Part shown: positions 32,557-42,074 of the stretch, one piece after another
Numbering within the stretch: the first letter of the stretch is position 1
Layout of the letters: every line of letters begins with the position of its first letter
Source of the DNA: a virus
Direction: 5' to 3' (one strand)
Length of the DNA: 52,963 nt
IMG/VR virus record: IMGVR_UViG_3300049028_000001
Notes under the pieces: model-generated
What the model was told of the DNA's origin: nothing
The model's database searches: none
The model's input: the letters and a program-made list of their open reading frames with translations, nothing else
Position numbers and translations under genes: made by a program

Positions 32557-33239
32557 TAATTAATAGCAACTTCATACAGTAATGTATGTCGAAACCGTGT
32601 GAATTCAGGGGAAGACCAGACCGGTTAATCCTGACCCAAGTTAAATCGGGGGCAACGACTAGAGCGAAAGCTCGTACACTCAAGTGAGTGGAAGCGCACG
32701 GCCCCGTCCACATAGAAGACGGGTGAAGATATAGTCTGAGCTATATAGGAATATATAGGAGGGAATTTGAGAAATAGACAAGGTTATTTTGTTAGTGATA
32801 ATGGTATGCGTGAGTGTACTGGTTGTGGAATTATTTTTCCTCAGACTAGTAAAATGACCTTGTGCAAATCATGTAATAGTTCAAGAGTAAAAAGTATGAC
32901 TCCAGAGTGGAAAATGCACCAGCGCGCTAAACAGCGTGCTAAATTCTGTGGTATGGAGTTCGATATAGAAGTTGAAGATATTATAATCCCAGATACCTGC
33001 CCTATTTTGGGCATTTCTTTAAATATGAATTCAGGTAGGTCTGGTGCTTATAAAAACTCTCCTTCTTTAGATCGGATTAATAATTCTCTTGGATATATTA
33101 AAGGTAATATTTGGGTGATCTCTCAACAAGCAAATGCCATGAAAGGCGCAGCAAGTGTGGAAGATCTACAGAAATTTGCTGATTGGATTAATTCTCAATA
33201 TCCCCGGCAGGAAGTAACGACTCCTGTTGAACATAACTG
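32557..33239 (+). mobile_element. group I intron 2 in RNR gene (carries HNH ORF)
   Basis: The 5' exon ends in T (tgt) and the intron ends in G (..aactg). gaagatatagtct lies at 32725..32737 after a G+C-rich structured core (32570..32720). Splicing gives FGYC-NLSEVIV in frame. Confidence 0.6.
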
Positions 33240-33240
33240 A
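32767..33240 (+). CDS. HNH homing endonuclease (intron-encoded)
   Basis: N-terminal CxxC..CxxC, then SPSLDRINNSLGYIKGNIWVISQQANAMKG (HNH-3 type). AGGAGGG ribosome-binding site. The stop codon spans the 3' splice site. Confidence 0.75.
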   Translation: MRNRQGYFVSDNGMRECTGCGIIFPQTSKMTLCKSCNSSRVKSMTPEWKMHQRAKQRAKFCGMEFDIEVEDIIIPDTCPILGISLNMNSGRSGAYKNSPSLDRINNSLGYIKGNIWVISQQANAMKGAASVEDLQKFADWINSQYPRQEVTTPVEHN

Positions 33241-34142
33241 ATCTTAGCGAAGTTATTGTCAGAGCAAGCGACTCTTTTGATGACCTTAAGCGAAAGGTGC
33301 AACTCGCTACTATTATCGGTACCTTCCAATCAACGCTCACAGATTTCCGGTACATTCGCAAACAATGGAAAGTAAATGCTGAAGAGGAACGACTACTAGG
33401 GGTATCTCTTACAGGAATTATGGACCATGTACTATTAAGTGGTTCATCTTGTGATGCAAGATATAACAATGTTCTTGAAGAAACACTACAGCAATTAAAG
33501 AATGAAACAATCCAGACAAACAAGGAATGGGCAGCTAGGCTGGGTATTCCTGTTAGTGCTAGTATTACTACCATTAAGCCCTCTGGTACTGTTAGCCAGC
33601 TTGTGGATTCTGCTAGTGGTATTCATCCTCGGCATAATCAATACTATGTACGTACAGTGCGAGCGGATGTTAAAGACCCTCTTGCGACGTTCCTAAAAGA
33701 CCAAGGAGTTCCTTGTGAACCAGATGTGGTTAACAATTCTAATTATGTGTTCAGCTTTCCAATTAGGGCGCCTAGTGGCTGCATTACCCGGAATGATCGA
33801 ACAGCGATCGAAGCTCTTGACCATTACCTTATTTTTAAGCGTTACTGGTGTGAGCATAATCCTAGCATTACTGTTTATGTTAAAGAGCATGAGTGGTTAG
33901 AAGTAGGTGCTTGGGTCTATCAACACTTAGATGAGATTGGTGGAGTAAGCTTCCTACCACACAGTGAGCATGTATATAAACAAGCTCCGTATCAGGATAT
34001 CACCCAGGAGCAGTATGAAGCTTTAGCTGCTAGCTTCCCAAAGATTAACTGGTCTGCTTTTGATAACTACGAGAAAGAAGATAACACAACAGCAAGTCAC
34101 GAGCTAGCATGTGTTGGCGCGAGTTGTGAGTTGCCCTTCTAA
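33240..34142 (+). CDS. nrdJ: class II ribonucleotide reductase, exon 3
   Basis: NLSEVIVRASDS...LGVSLTGIMD...TTIKPSGTVSQL...GIHP. The C-terminal Cys pair is ACVGASCELPF. Exon lengths 716+313+903 = 1932 nt = 644 codons. Confidence 0.7.
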   Translation, partial: NLSEVIVRASDSFDDLKRKVQLATIIGTFQSTLTDFRYIRKQWKVNAEEERLLGVSLTGIMDHVLLSGSSCDARYNNVLEETLQQLKNETIQTNKEWAARLGIPVSASITTIKPSGTVSQLVDSASGIHPRHNQYYVRTVRADVKDPLATFLKDQGVPCEPDVVNNSNYVFSFPIRAPSGCITRNDRTAIEALDHYLIFKRYWCEHNPSITVYVKEHEWLEVGAWVYQHLDEIGGVSFLPHSEHVYKQAPYQDITQEQYEALAASFPKINWSAFDNYEKEDNTTASHELACVGASCELPF

Positions 34143-34152
34143 AAGGAAAAGA

Positions 34153-34305
34153 ATGTTAAGTTTTGATCTGTCTTTTATCTATGGAATGTCTGTTGGTTTT
34201 GAACTAGCAGATTCGGAAATCAAAGAATTTATGCCTGAATTAGTTTGGGGATTTGTAGTAGATCTACTGATCTTCCGAATTAGTGTGTATAAAATTACCG
34301 TCTAA
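34153..34305 (+). CDS. small hydrophobic protein (50 aa)
   Basis: ATG at 34153 with an AAGGA ribosome-binding site. MLSFDLSFIYGMSVGF...LVWGFVVDLLIFRI has two hydrophobic stretches. Last plus-strand gene. Confidence 0.35.
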   Translation: MLSFDLSFIYGMSVGFELADSEIKEFMPELVWGFVVDLLIFRISVYKITV

Positions 34306-34310
34306 TAAAC

Positions 34311-34334
34311 AAAAAGCCCGCATTACGCGGGCTT
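34311..34334. terminator. bidirectional rho-independent terminator at the convergence point
   Basis: aaaaAGCCCGC-atta-GCGGGCTt. The T-run is strong on the minus strand (after the endolysin) and weaker on the plus strand. Confidence 0.7.
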
Positions 34335-34358
34335 CTCTACTTTATAACGTCGTAGGAG

Positions 34359-34883
34359 TCATTTTATGACGTCAAATGCTCTTTGATATAGTTTATACCT
34401 ATCTGCATAATGAGTAAGTCCTCCGTTTATTCGTTTAGTAATTTCTTTGAAAAGGCCCATATCAGCTAATGAGTTTAGATTTTTCTTATTCCAATACCAC
34501 CCAGAACTACGCGCCGCATTCACCGGTTCTTCTAATAACTCTGGCTTTTCCACGAGAGGTAACCCCAGTCCAAGCGACGCAAGTACGTAATTTGACTTAC
34601 CAGTTATTTGGATCAGTCCTCTTCCCTTGTAGCGAACCCCATCTCCAGGTGATGTGTTACCCAAGTCTTTTCTTCCCTCGTAAGCTTCACCTGACGCTAA
34701 TTCTTTCACATATCGCAGCTGCCCTGATTCATGGCCAATCTGGGCAAGGTACATGCGAATCCGTTGGGGAGTGTTTATCTCGAATTCGTCAAGAGTCTGG
34801 TTTAGCGGATCTAAATATCGATCGATTAAGCTAGCCTTGGCTTCAGTATAGATCAGTTGTAGTTGTTGTTTAGTCAGTTGCAT
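34359..34883 (-). CDS. glycoside hydrolase family 19 (chitinase-like) endolysin
   Basis: YLAQIGHESGQLRYVKE..SGEAYEGRKDLGN...YKGRGLIQITGKSNY is the GH19 catalytic signature. No signal peptide. Confidence 0.8.
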   Translation of the reverse strand: MQLTKQQLQLIYTEAKASLIDRYLDPLNQTLDEFEINTPQRIRMYLAQIGHESGQLRYVKELASGEAYEGRKDLGNTSPGDGVRYKGRGLIQITGKSNYVLASLGLGLPLVEKPELLEEPVNAARSSGWYWNKKNLNSLADMGLFKEITKRINGGLTHYADRYKLYQRAFDVIK

Positions 34884-37800
34884 TTTTCATTCGCTTCATA
34901 GCTTGTACAGTGCCTAGGGTATTAGCTCGTACACGATCCAGGATCTCTTTAGGAACACGCTGTTTGATAGCTTCCTGTTCGATTAAAGAGTTCAAGGTAT
35001 CAGGATTACCACCATACATCAGGTATCGTTTAGCATAACCTTTAGCTTCATCTACATCTTTTCTTACAATAGCATCGTAGAAACGTGTAGCATTAGTGTC
35101 GCGTCTTTTGTTAATCTCTTTTTCATCTTGGATTTGTCGATATCGTTGATCTCGATACTTGCTTTCTTCTAGTTCACGCAAACCAAACTTGCGATAAGTT
35201 TCTTGTTGTGGAGTACGAACAAAGTCAGCATCATGATCTTGAAGGTGATTAGGATTAACGTAAACTGTTCCCTTGGGTGTAGTACCTCCTTTAAAGGGAT
35301 CCATACCCGTCTCTACCATTCCTTGAATAGGACCAGGAGGAGCTACTTGATGAGCCATCTGAGCAAAGGTAGTCTTATTAGGATTAGTAGCAAAACCTGC
35401 GACTGAAGATCCTTGTTTATACAGATCAGTAACGAAAGGAAAGAGTCCATCAAAACTAAAATCCGCTAGATTACCCGAGTCGAAACGATTGGACATATTA
35501 GCTCCAGTAATCTTAGACATACCCCCATAGCTAAGCCAGTCTGGCATTGTTTCAATCATCTTTTCTTTGATATTGAAGTCCTTAACAGGTTCATGTACAG
35601 AATCTGGTAGCCAGCCTTTAACGGTTTGCCAAGCATCATCAATCTCTTGAAGAAATGGCATAGATAAAGTACCACCAATAGCTGCTTGAATACCCATAAA
35701 CGCTGCTAGAGGCTTCCAGTTTCCCTTCGCTGCTTGTTGACTAAAGTAGTGTAGTTGATTGTAGTAGTTAAACTTGAATGTCTGTAATGTAGAAAGAGCA
35801 TTACCAACAAGACCCATCTTCTCAAACATCATTGGACGTTCACCACGTCTATAATCAACCATAGCACTATTAGTAAGTTCTTCAGCTTTCTCAAATAACT
35901 TGGTATTGTCTTTAAATACACCACTCTGTTCCAAATGATGAACAAATCCCATAAAAGCATTAAGCCTAGCCCAATGTTCTACACCACCCACTGTAGTGCT
36001 CGCTACTTGTCCTACCTTTTCTAGTACACGATTCTTACCCAAGCCTTGAGCTTCGTCATAAATACTACGACTAACAATACCATTTGCTTCAGCATAATTC
36101 AGAGCTTCTTTTCCAATAGGAGTCATTGGTAGATCTTTATTAAAAAGGTGGTTTAGGAAACCAGCACTGGCATCCATAGTGCCCTTAGCAAGACTAGTTG
36201 CTGGATTATGTTTAAATCCATGAGCAGTTAAATCTGCATGCCAAGCACCAGTCCATAGAGGTTGAATAGCATTAGCAAGAGCAAAGCCAGTATTAAATCC
36301 TAGCTTAGTAGCAAGGAAGAAGGACTTTACACCACCTAAGGCTTCATAGAAACTCTTACGATCTGCCGGAGCCCAGCGACTAGTCATCTCAGTTAATTGT
36401 CGTTCCAATCCTGCAATGTATTCATTCTCTCCAAAGCCTAGTTGATTCTTAGCATACTGACGAGCGTACTCAAGATTGTTAGGCTGCTTTTCCATCAGCT
36501 CAGGATTACTAAGAATCTGTTTACTTTCCTTGGTAGCTTTCTGTAGTTCACTCCAAGATAAAGCACTCTTAGTATAAGCAAATTGTTCTTTGAACATTTC
36601 AAGAGAATCCTTGATAGGATCTTTCCATGGCCGGTCACCTACGAATCCTCGTATATTACCTTTCTCTTCAAAATGCTTAGCTTGGTTCAGGGACATATGA
36701 GCATCAGAGGCCATCATATCTTCTGCAATCGACTGAAGTGTAGCTACTCTAGGATCATTCTTATCTAGAACAGATAACAAGGTTTCATAGGCATCCTCAA
36801 GACCTTCCTTACCGCCTTTACTTTGATACCGTACTTGAGATAACTTATCATTAACGTCTACGCCATTCTCTTTGAGATACTGTAGTGCCTTCTCTGCACG
36901 AACCTTAGATTTCTCAGCAATATACCATACAAGCTTATTACCTTCGTATACAGGCACTCGCCACGGGCCTGACCATCTAGAACTAAGATAAGCCTCTCGT
37001 TTAGTTAAGGGCTTACGGCCCATTGCTGCTAGAGCAGCGTTCTGAGCTTCGTATGCCTTATCTTGCATTTCACGAAAGGTCTGATAGGCATCTAGTTGTT
37101 TCTCAGTGAAGCCAGCTTGCTGTAACTGATCAGGAGTATAGCGTTTTCCATCAAACATCTCTCGTTTGAGAACTTCACCTAGTTCAAAAATATCCTTACG
37201 AGCTAACTTAGCAAACTGACGTTCTACAGGTTGTACAAACTGTCGTTGAACTAGTTCGGCTCGCTTGGTAGCATTCTGGAATAAACGGCCTACTCCTCTA
37301 ATAACCGCTGAACCTGTTTTAGTTGCTGTTAGGGTAGCACCAGACTGAACACCTCGTCCTACAGCACCTAATCCTGAATCGGATTGCTTAAGTGCTTCAG
37401 AAATGATATCATCTGCTTTGGGATCTGGTGGAATATAATCCTTGAGTTCCTTACCTAATCCTGGTACTTTAGATACTACTTCTCCAGCTACCTTTGGTAC
37501 CTGAGCTGAAGTGTTTCTAAAGGCCTTTGGAGTAATCGCTTCAATGGCTTTCTTTACTGAGTCTCCAATCTCTTTAACATTGATTACTCCTCGTTGACTC
37601 TTTGGAGTATATTTAGCTCCAGGTAGCTGTTCTCCAGCAAGAGGTACCAGATTTAGATCACCAGCATTAAATCGTTTTCCTTCTGCTTCTTTATTAATGA
37701 TTCCTTTTCGTTGAAGGGAATCAACCATCTTATTGCCTAAGTCTGTTTGTACACGACCGGGGGCAATATCGTAGCCTGCTTCACGAGCAGCTAGGTACAT

Positions 37801-39087
37801 ACGAGCAGCGGCGCCTTTGCCGCGTAAAGCTTCAGATACCTGAGCATTCTCGGCTACTAAAGTTCCATCCTTACGAATAGCAAAGTCAACAAACCCAGAG
37901 AGCTTACCATCAGGAGTCTTTAGACGAACCATTACAGAATGATTGTCTCCAAACTTCATGGGCTCTACATCTACAGAGAACTTCTGGAAGCGTTGTTTAA
38001 TCTTCTCTAAGCCTTCTCCAATAGCCTGAATATCCAAACTACCCCGTTGACCTTTAGGTGCCTTAAAAGCTCGGGTTTTTGGTCCTTGGCCATCCCCTTT
38101 AGGACTATACGCAGTGTCTCGTAATTCCTGTTCGATTTGACTTAAGTAGTCGTTATGGGCTTCTTGCTTAGCTTGGAGTTGTTCATCCAATAATTGTTGT
38201 TGTCGTTGACGATATGCAGATTCAATCTCACCAGAGACATCTCTTTCCAGAGATGGTTGTTTATTAGCTTCACGTGCTTGAGCTTCTTCTAGTTGCCTAG
38301 CACGTTGTTGTTCTGCATTAGCTCGGAATTCTTCATCAAATAAATCTACTTGAGGGCCCCTACCAGCATCCTGGTGTTCTAGTGAGTGTAGCTCATCTAC
38401 CGGCATACCATTCTCATCGAGTGGCATATCCCGTGGTCTTAGATCTAATTCACCTTGGATGTTGTTCTTATCCGCAAAAGACTGTTCACGTAGATCTCGT
38501 TGAGCACCTTGTTCTAGCTGTTGTTCCATCCAAGTTTTATCAGGAGCTGGTTTAATAGCATCTAACTTATCTAGAGCTTCTACTTTAGGAGAAACAGAGG
38601 GCTTCTTCACTACATCTTTTGTAGCCTTAGCCATGCGGGTAAGGCCATCAACTGGTAAGAAGTTTAAGAAGGTATCTGCACCAACAGTGCTGAGTAGTTC
38701 ATTAGTATTCTCATCCATCTTATTACCAATGAATGGCATAGCATTAACAATAGGTTTAGCTGCACGAATAAGTGGTTGACGAACATCTTCTTCCAGAAAA
38801 TTGCCTAGATTTTCTACATACCTTTCACCTGTTTTAGACTGTGGTTTTATGTTAAAGGTATCAGACATCCGCTCATTATGGCGCTTGACTGCTTCATCTA
38901 AACCAAGGAAAGGGGCTTGTGCAGCCATAGTTAGGCCACTAAGGGGCATACCAACAGCTTGTCCTGCAAAGTTAATAGCAGCATCAGCAATACCCTGTCC
39001 AACATCTTCTTCGTTGGGGGCAGCAGAAAGCCCCTTTTCAGGGGCCTCTTCTTCAAAATCAAATTCAGGTGTGAAATCAATTGGCAT
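34870..39087 (-). CDS. giant internal virion (ejection) protein with embedded GNAT-like segment
   Basis: 1405 aa, at the end of the virion module after two other internal-protein-like genes (T7 gp14-16 analogy). aa 370-465 contain VSEALRGKGAAARMYLAAREAGYD, resembling GNAT motif A. Confidence 0.55.
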   Translation of the reverse strand: MPIDFTPEFDFEEEAPEKGLSAAPNEEDVGQGIADAAINFAGQAVGMPLSGLTMAAQAPFLGLDEAVKRHNERMSDTFNIKPQSKTGERYVENLGNFLEEDVRQPLIRAAKPIVNAMPFIGNKMDENTNELLSTVGADTFLNFLPVDGLTRMAKATKDVVKKPSVSPKVEALDKLDAIKPAPDKTWMEQQLEQGAQRDLREQSFADKNNIQGELDLRPRDMPLDENGMPVDELHSLEHQDAGRGPQVDLFDEEFRANAEQQRARQLEEAQAREANKQPSLERDVSGEIESAYRQRQQQLLDEQLQAKQEAHNDYLSQIEQELRDTAYSPKGDGQGPKTRAFKAPKGQRGSLDIQAIGEGLEKIKQRFQKFSVDVEPMKFGDNHSVMVRLKTPDGKLSGFVDFAIRKDGTLVAENAQVSEALRGKGAAARMYLAAREAGYDIAPGRVQTDLGNKMVDSLQRKGIINKEAEGKRFNAGDLNLVPLAGEQLPGAKYTPKSQRGVINVKEIGDSVKKAIEAITPKAFRNTSAQVPKVAGEVVSKVPGLGKELKDYIPPDPKADDIISEALKQSDSGLGAVGRGVQSGATLTATKTGSAVIRGVGRLFQNATKRAELVQRQFVQPVERQFAKLARKDIFELGEVLKREMFDGKRYTPDQLQQAGFTEKQLDAYQTFREMQDKAYEAQNAALAAMGRKPLTKREAYLSSRWSGPWRVPVYEGNKLVWYIAEKSKVRAEKALQYLKENGVDVNDKLSQVRYQSKGGKEGLEDAYETLLSVLDKNDPRVATLQSIAEDMMASDAHMSLNQAKHFEEKGNIRGFVGDRPWKDPIKDSLEMFKEQFAYTKSALSWSELQKATKESKQILSNPELMEKQPNNLEYARQYAKNQLGFGENEYIAGLERQLTEMTSRWAPADRKSFYEALGGVKSFFLATKLGFNTGFALANAIQPLWTGAWHADLTAHGFKHNPATSLAKGTMDASAGFLNHLFNKDLPMTPIGKEALNYAEANGIVSRSIYDEAQGLGKNRVLEKVGQVASTTVGGVEHWARLNAFMGFVHHLEQSGVFKDNTKLFEKAEELTNSAMVDYRRGERPMMFEKMGLVGNALSTLQTFKFNYYNQLHYFSQQAAKGNWKPLAAFMGIQAAIGGTLSMPFLQEIDDAWQTVKGWLPDSVHEPVKDFNIKEKMIETMPDWLSYGGMSKITGANMSNRFDSGNLADFSFDGLFPFVTDLYKQGSSVAGFATNPNKTTFAQMAHQVAPPGPIQGMVETGMDPFKGGTTPKGTVYVNPNHLQDHDADFVRTPQQETYRKFGLRELEESKYRDQRYRQIQDEKEINKRRDTNATRFYDAIVRKDVDEAKGYAKRYLMYGGNPDTLNSLIEQEAIKQRVPKEILDRVRANTLGTVQAMKRMKNATD

Positions 39088-39088
39088 T

Positions 39089-40153
39089 TTATTTCATTTC
39101 CTTGTAACCATTCTTCAGAGCTTCTGCTAATTGAGCTTTAGGAATAAATCCTACTTTACCATCTGCTCTCTGAACACGTACCTTACCTTCAGGTGGAGGC
39201 GTTTTATTGAACCCTTGGGGTTCTGGTTGAGGATTAGTAGCCATACCTGTAGCAGCACCGATATCTACTTTACCTCCTTGTTGTACCATTCCCTGAAGGA
39301 GTTTAGCTCTTTCGTAAGCCATCTTCATCTTATCTGATTTAGCACGGTACATTTCCGCACGATCAGTATTACCGGACTGTTCTGCTTCAGAGGCTTTAGC
39401 GTCGTAATATACAGAGGCCTTCTCATAGCCCATCTTAGATACTAGTTCCTCTTCTGTTTTAGCTCCTGCACCGGAGCGTGCTTTTGCAGCATCTACTCTA
39501 CTACCTGCATTAAGTTTTGCAATCTCAAGCTGGGTTTCATTTCGCATCTTTTCTCTAGCTAATTCTCGCTCTTCTCTCATCTGAGCTTCACGAGCAGTCT
39601 TACCCATATTATATACGTTATCTGCCATATCCTTGAAGTATGCAGGCAGTTGATCAGCATTAGTTACAAGTAAATTATCTAGCTCAGGATTATCGGGGAA
39701 GTAACTACCAAGCATACGCTTAGCAATAGCTGCTCTCATTGGTGGAGGAGCAGTAGCCATACGAGCACTTACTTGACCAAACAATTGGCCCATGTTATCT
39801 AGTTCTTGTAGATGGGCTGCTGTGAGCTTGTTTTTATTATTAGCATTCTCAGCACTAATTTTACCCGGCTGTGTTTGTTCAGTAAAATCATTACCTAATC
39901 TAGAACCACGAGTCTGTTCAATAGTTTGATCTGTACCAGCATCTCGACTACGATTCTGTGAAAGAAGTGTCTGTAGATCTAAAGGCCGTTTTTGTTGTAA
40001 GAAGTTCTGTTCATTACGAAAAGCATCTTGTAATGAGGCATTATTTTGATCTGCAATACGCTGTTGAGTACCTACTTGCATAGCAGCAATAGCAGGCATC
40101 TGCTGAAATAGAGTACCTAGATCTGGGTATGGGTTAGGTAAAGCTTGATCCAT
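39089..40153 (-). CDS. internal virion protein candidate (Q/A/K-rich, coiled-coil)
   Basis: 354-aa track ORF between the Gly-rich protein and the giant protein. No enzymatic motif recognised. Confidence 0.45.
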   Translation of the reverse strand: MDQALPNPYPDLGTLFQQMPAIAAMQVGTQQRIADQNNASLQDAFRNEQNFLQQKRPLDLQTLLSQNRSRDAGTDQTIEQTRGSRLGNDFTEQTQPGKISAENANNKNKLTAAHLQELDNMGQLFGQVSARMATAPPPMRAAIAKRMLGSYFPDNPELDNLLVTNADQLPAYFKDMADNVYNMGKTAREAQMREERELAREKMRNETQLEIAKLNAGSRVDAAKARSGAGAKTEEELVSKMGYEKASVYYDAKASEAEQSGNTDRAEMYRAKSDKMKMAYERAKLLQGMVQQGGKVDIGAATGMATNPQPEPQGFNKTPPPEGKVRVQRADGKVGFIPKAQLAEALKNGYKEMK

Positions 40154-40155
40154 AT

Positions 40156-41415
40156 TTATTCTCCAATATAACCGTCACCACCCGTAAACCAGTTATCTCC
40201 TAAGAACGAGTCTGGAAGTTGTGGTCCTGAGTCAGCAGGCATATCCCAGTTATTAGAATATCCACCATTAAATAAAGAACCTAGACCCCCTCCAGCAGAC
40301 ATTCCTTGAATACCATCTCCTAGTTTACCAATCCAATCGCCCATTTTATTACCTAGTCCAGTTTTAGTCATTAGGGCTAATAGGGTATTAAGCCCTTGGT
40401 TCTGAGCAACCCCACGCTGTTGCATCAAGTTAGCATAACCTGGAGAACTAAGAGTCTGCGCGTGACGATCAGCTAACATACCCATTAACTGTGCTTCACG
40501 AGGACCATACTGACTTCGCCTACCAGCAGCAGCATCTCGTCTTTCTAGTTGCTGACGTAGTTGTTGGGCATATACTCCATTAGGAGAAAAGATGTCATTT
40601 AGATTATTCAGAGCTTGGTTGTATTGACCTTTAGCTCGATTCCCCATATAAATACCGGCTAAGCCTCCAGCCACATCACCTACCATACCACCCCCATTAA
40701 ATCCATCAGTTCCTTGTCCAGGTACACCAGACATTCCTTGGTTAGCTGTTACCCCACCTAAGGCTTGTCCAGCATATCCTCCTAAAGCAGAACCTGCCAT
40801 AGCTCCGACAGGCCCAGCAGCAGCACCTAACATTCCACCAAACATACTACCAAAACCCTTACCTACTCCTGCTTGATCCCCTTTAACACTCTTGTCAGCG
40901 AGATTAGCTATATTTGCAACAGGACCAAAAAGACCTGATTTATCTGCTAATGAGAGTGCTGCTTTAGCTACAGGATTATTCATAAAGGACATAAGCCCCT
41001 TACCAAACTTACCCCATCCATCTTCATTAAATGCAGGAGTACCAAAAGTGTTCACTGACGGAGCATCAGCAAAAGAAAATCCAGGAGAAGAGGTAACACC
41101 CTGACTCAGACCATAATCAGCAAGACTATACCCAAAGGGGCTAGAATCATCCATTAAACTAGTTAAACCTAGATTTCCTAAAGTAGCATCAAAGGCTTCT
41201 GGAGATATACTAAAACCTTCTGTTGGAGCACTCTCGGAAAAGCCTGCTTGTCCAAACCCATTTGCATCTCCGAAACCTAAACCAGGACCAGAAATACCAC
41301 CACCAAAGGCATCTGTAGACATACTACCAAATCCCTCTGTACCAAAACTGTCTGCCGCAGAATCACTTACACCAAAACCAGAACCACCAAAGCCACCATC
41401 ATCACCTTCACCCAT
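40156..41415 (-). CDS. Gly/FG-repeat-rich internal virion protein candidate
   Basis: 419 aa. N-terminal third has GFG/FG repeats (GGFGGSGFG, EGFGS, FGGG, LGFGD, NGFGQAGF). Central part has G/A/M repeats. Confidence 0.45.
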   Translation of the reverse strand: MGEGDDGGFGGSGFGVSDSAADSFGTEGFGSMSTDAFGGGISGPGLGFGDANGFGQAGFSESAPTEGFSISPEAFDATLGNLGLTSLMDDSSPFGYSLADYGLSQGVTSSPGFSFADAPSVNTFGTPAFNEDGWGKFGKGLMSFMNNPVAKAALSLADKSGLFGPVANIANLADKSVKGDQAGVGKGFGSMFGGMLGAAAGPVGAMAGSALGGYAGQALGGVTANQGMSGVPGQGTDGFNGGGMVGDVAGGLAGIYMGNRAKGQYNQALNNLNDIFSPNGVYAQQLRQQLERRDAAAGRRSQYGPREAQLMGMLADRHAQTLSSPGYANLMQQRGVAQNQGLNTLLALMTKTGLGNKMGDWIGKLGDGIQGMSAGGGLGSLFNGGYSNNWDMPADSGPQLPDSFLGDNWFTGGDGYIGE

Positions 41416-41424
41416 GTTATTTCC

Positions 41425-42069
41425 TTATATAATTTGATATGTAAAAGTAAAGAACATAGCTCTATTACTTGTATCAGTAGTTATAAATTCTAGCGTAGCT
41501 CGATCATTAGCAGCATCTGCATAGACACCAGCACATTGACCAGCAACTGCAATAGCACTAGCAGTACCGGCTAAATCTTCTGTAGCTCCAAAGTTGGATA
41601 CTACTGGAATAGAGATACCCAGTTGAACTTGTCCTGCTGCTGTTGGGTCAATATCTACTTTTCCACTAACAGTTACTGTAGCCCCTACTCTAAGATATTG
41701 AGCTTGATATGCTGTAGAGGCTGCTACGTTAGTTGTGTTTGTTAGTGTAGGAGTATAGGTACCAGCAGCTAGAGTGGGTAGATCACTAATAGTACTCATT
41801 AATTGAGTACCTGTGTGATTAGCTCTAGCTCTATCAGTTGCATGGTAGTGTAGGGCACTATCCCCAGCATCTGTTAAATCGGTATGTTGAGCATTAGTGA
41901 AATGATAATACTCGGTAGCTACACCACCTTGAATATTCTGTAGATCATTGTGATTAAGTATACCTTGGGATAGATTATTAACTACCTTACGAATCTTCTC
42001 AATCCAGTCATTCCAGAAAGAATGTCCCGGAGCTACACCTACAGGTTGTGGTGGAATTAACTCTACCAT
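41425..42069 (-). CDS. tail fibre-like protein
   Basis: HNDLQNIQGG...YHFTNAQHTDLTD...LHYHATDRARANHTG is a motif set common in short tail fibres. It is adjacent to a tailspike. Confidence 0.5.
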   Translation of the reverse strand: MVELIPPQPVGVAPGHSFWNDWIEKIRKVVNNLSQGILNHNDLQNIQGGVATEYYHFTNAQHTDLTDAGDSALHYHATDRARANHTGTQLMSTISDLPTLAAGTYTPTLTNTTNVAASTAYQAQYLRVGATVTVSGKVDIDPTAAGQVQLGISIPVVSNFGATEDLAGTASAIAVAGQCAGVYADAANDRATLEFITTDTSNRAMFFTFTYQII

Positions 42070-42074
42070 AAAGA

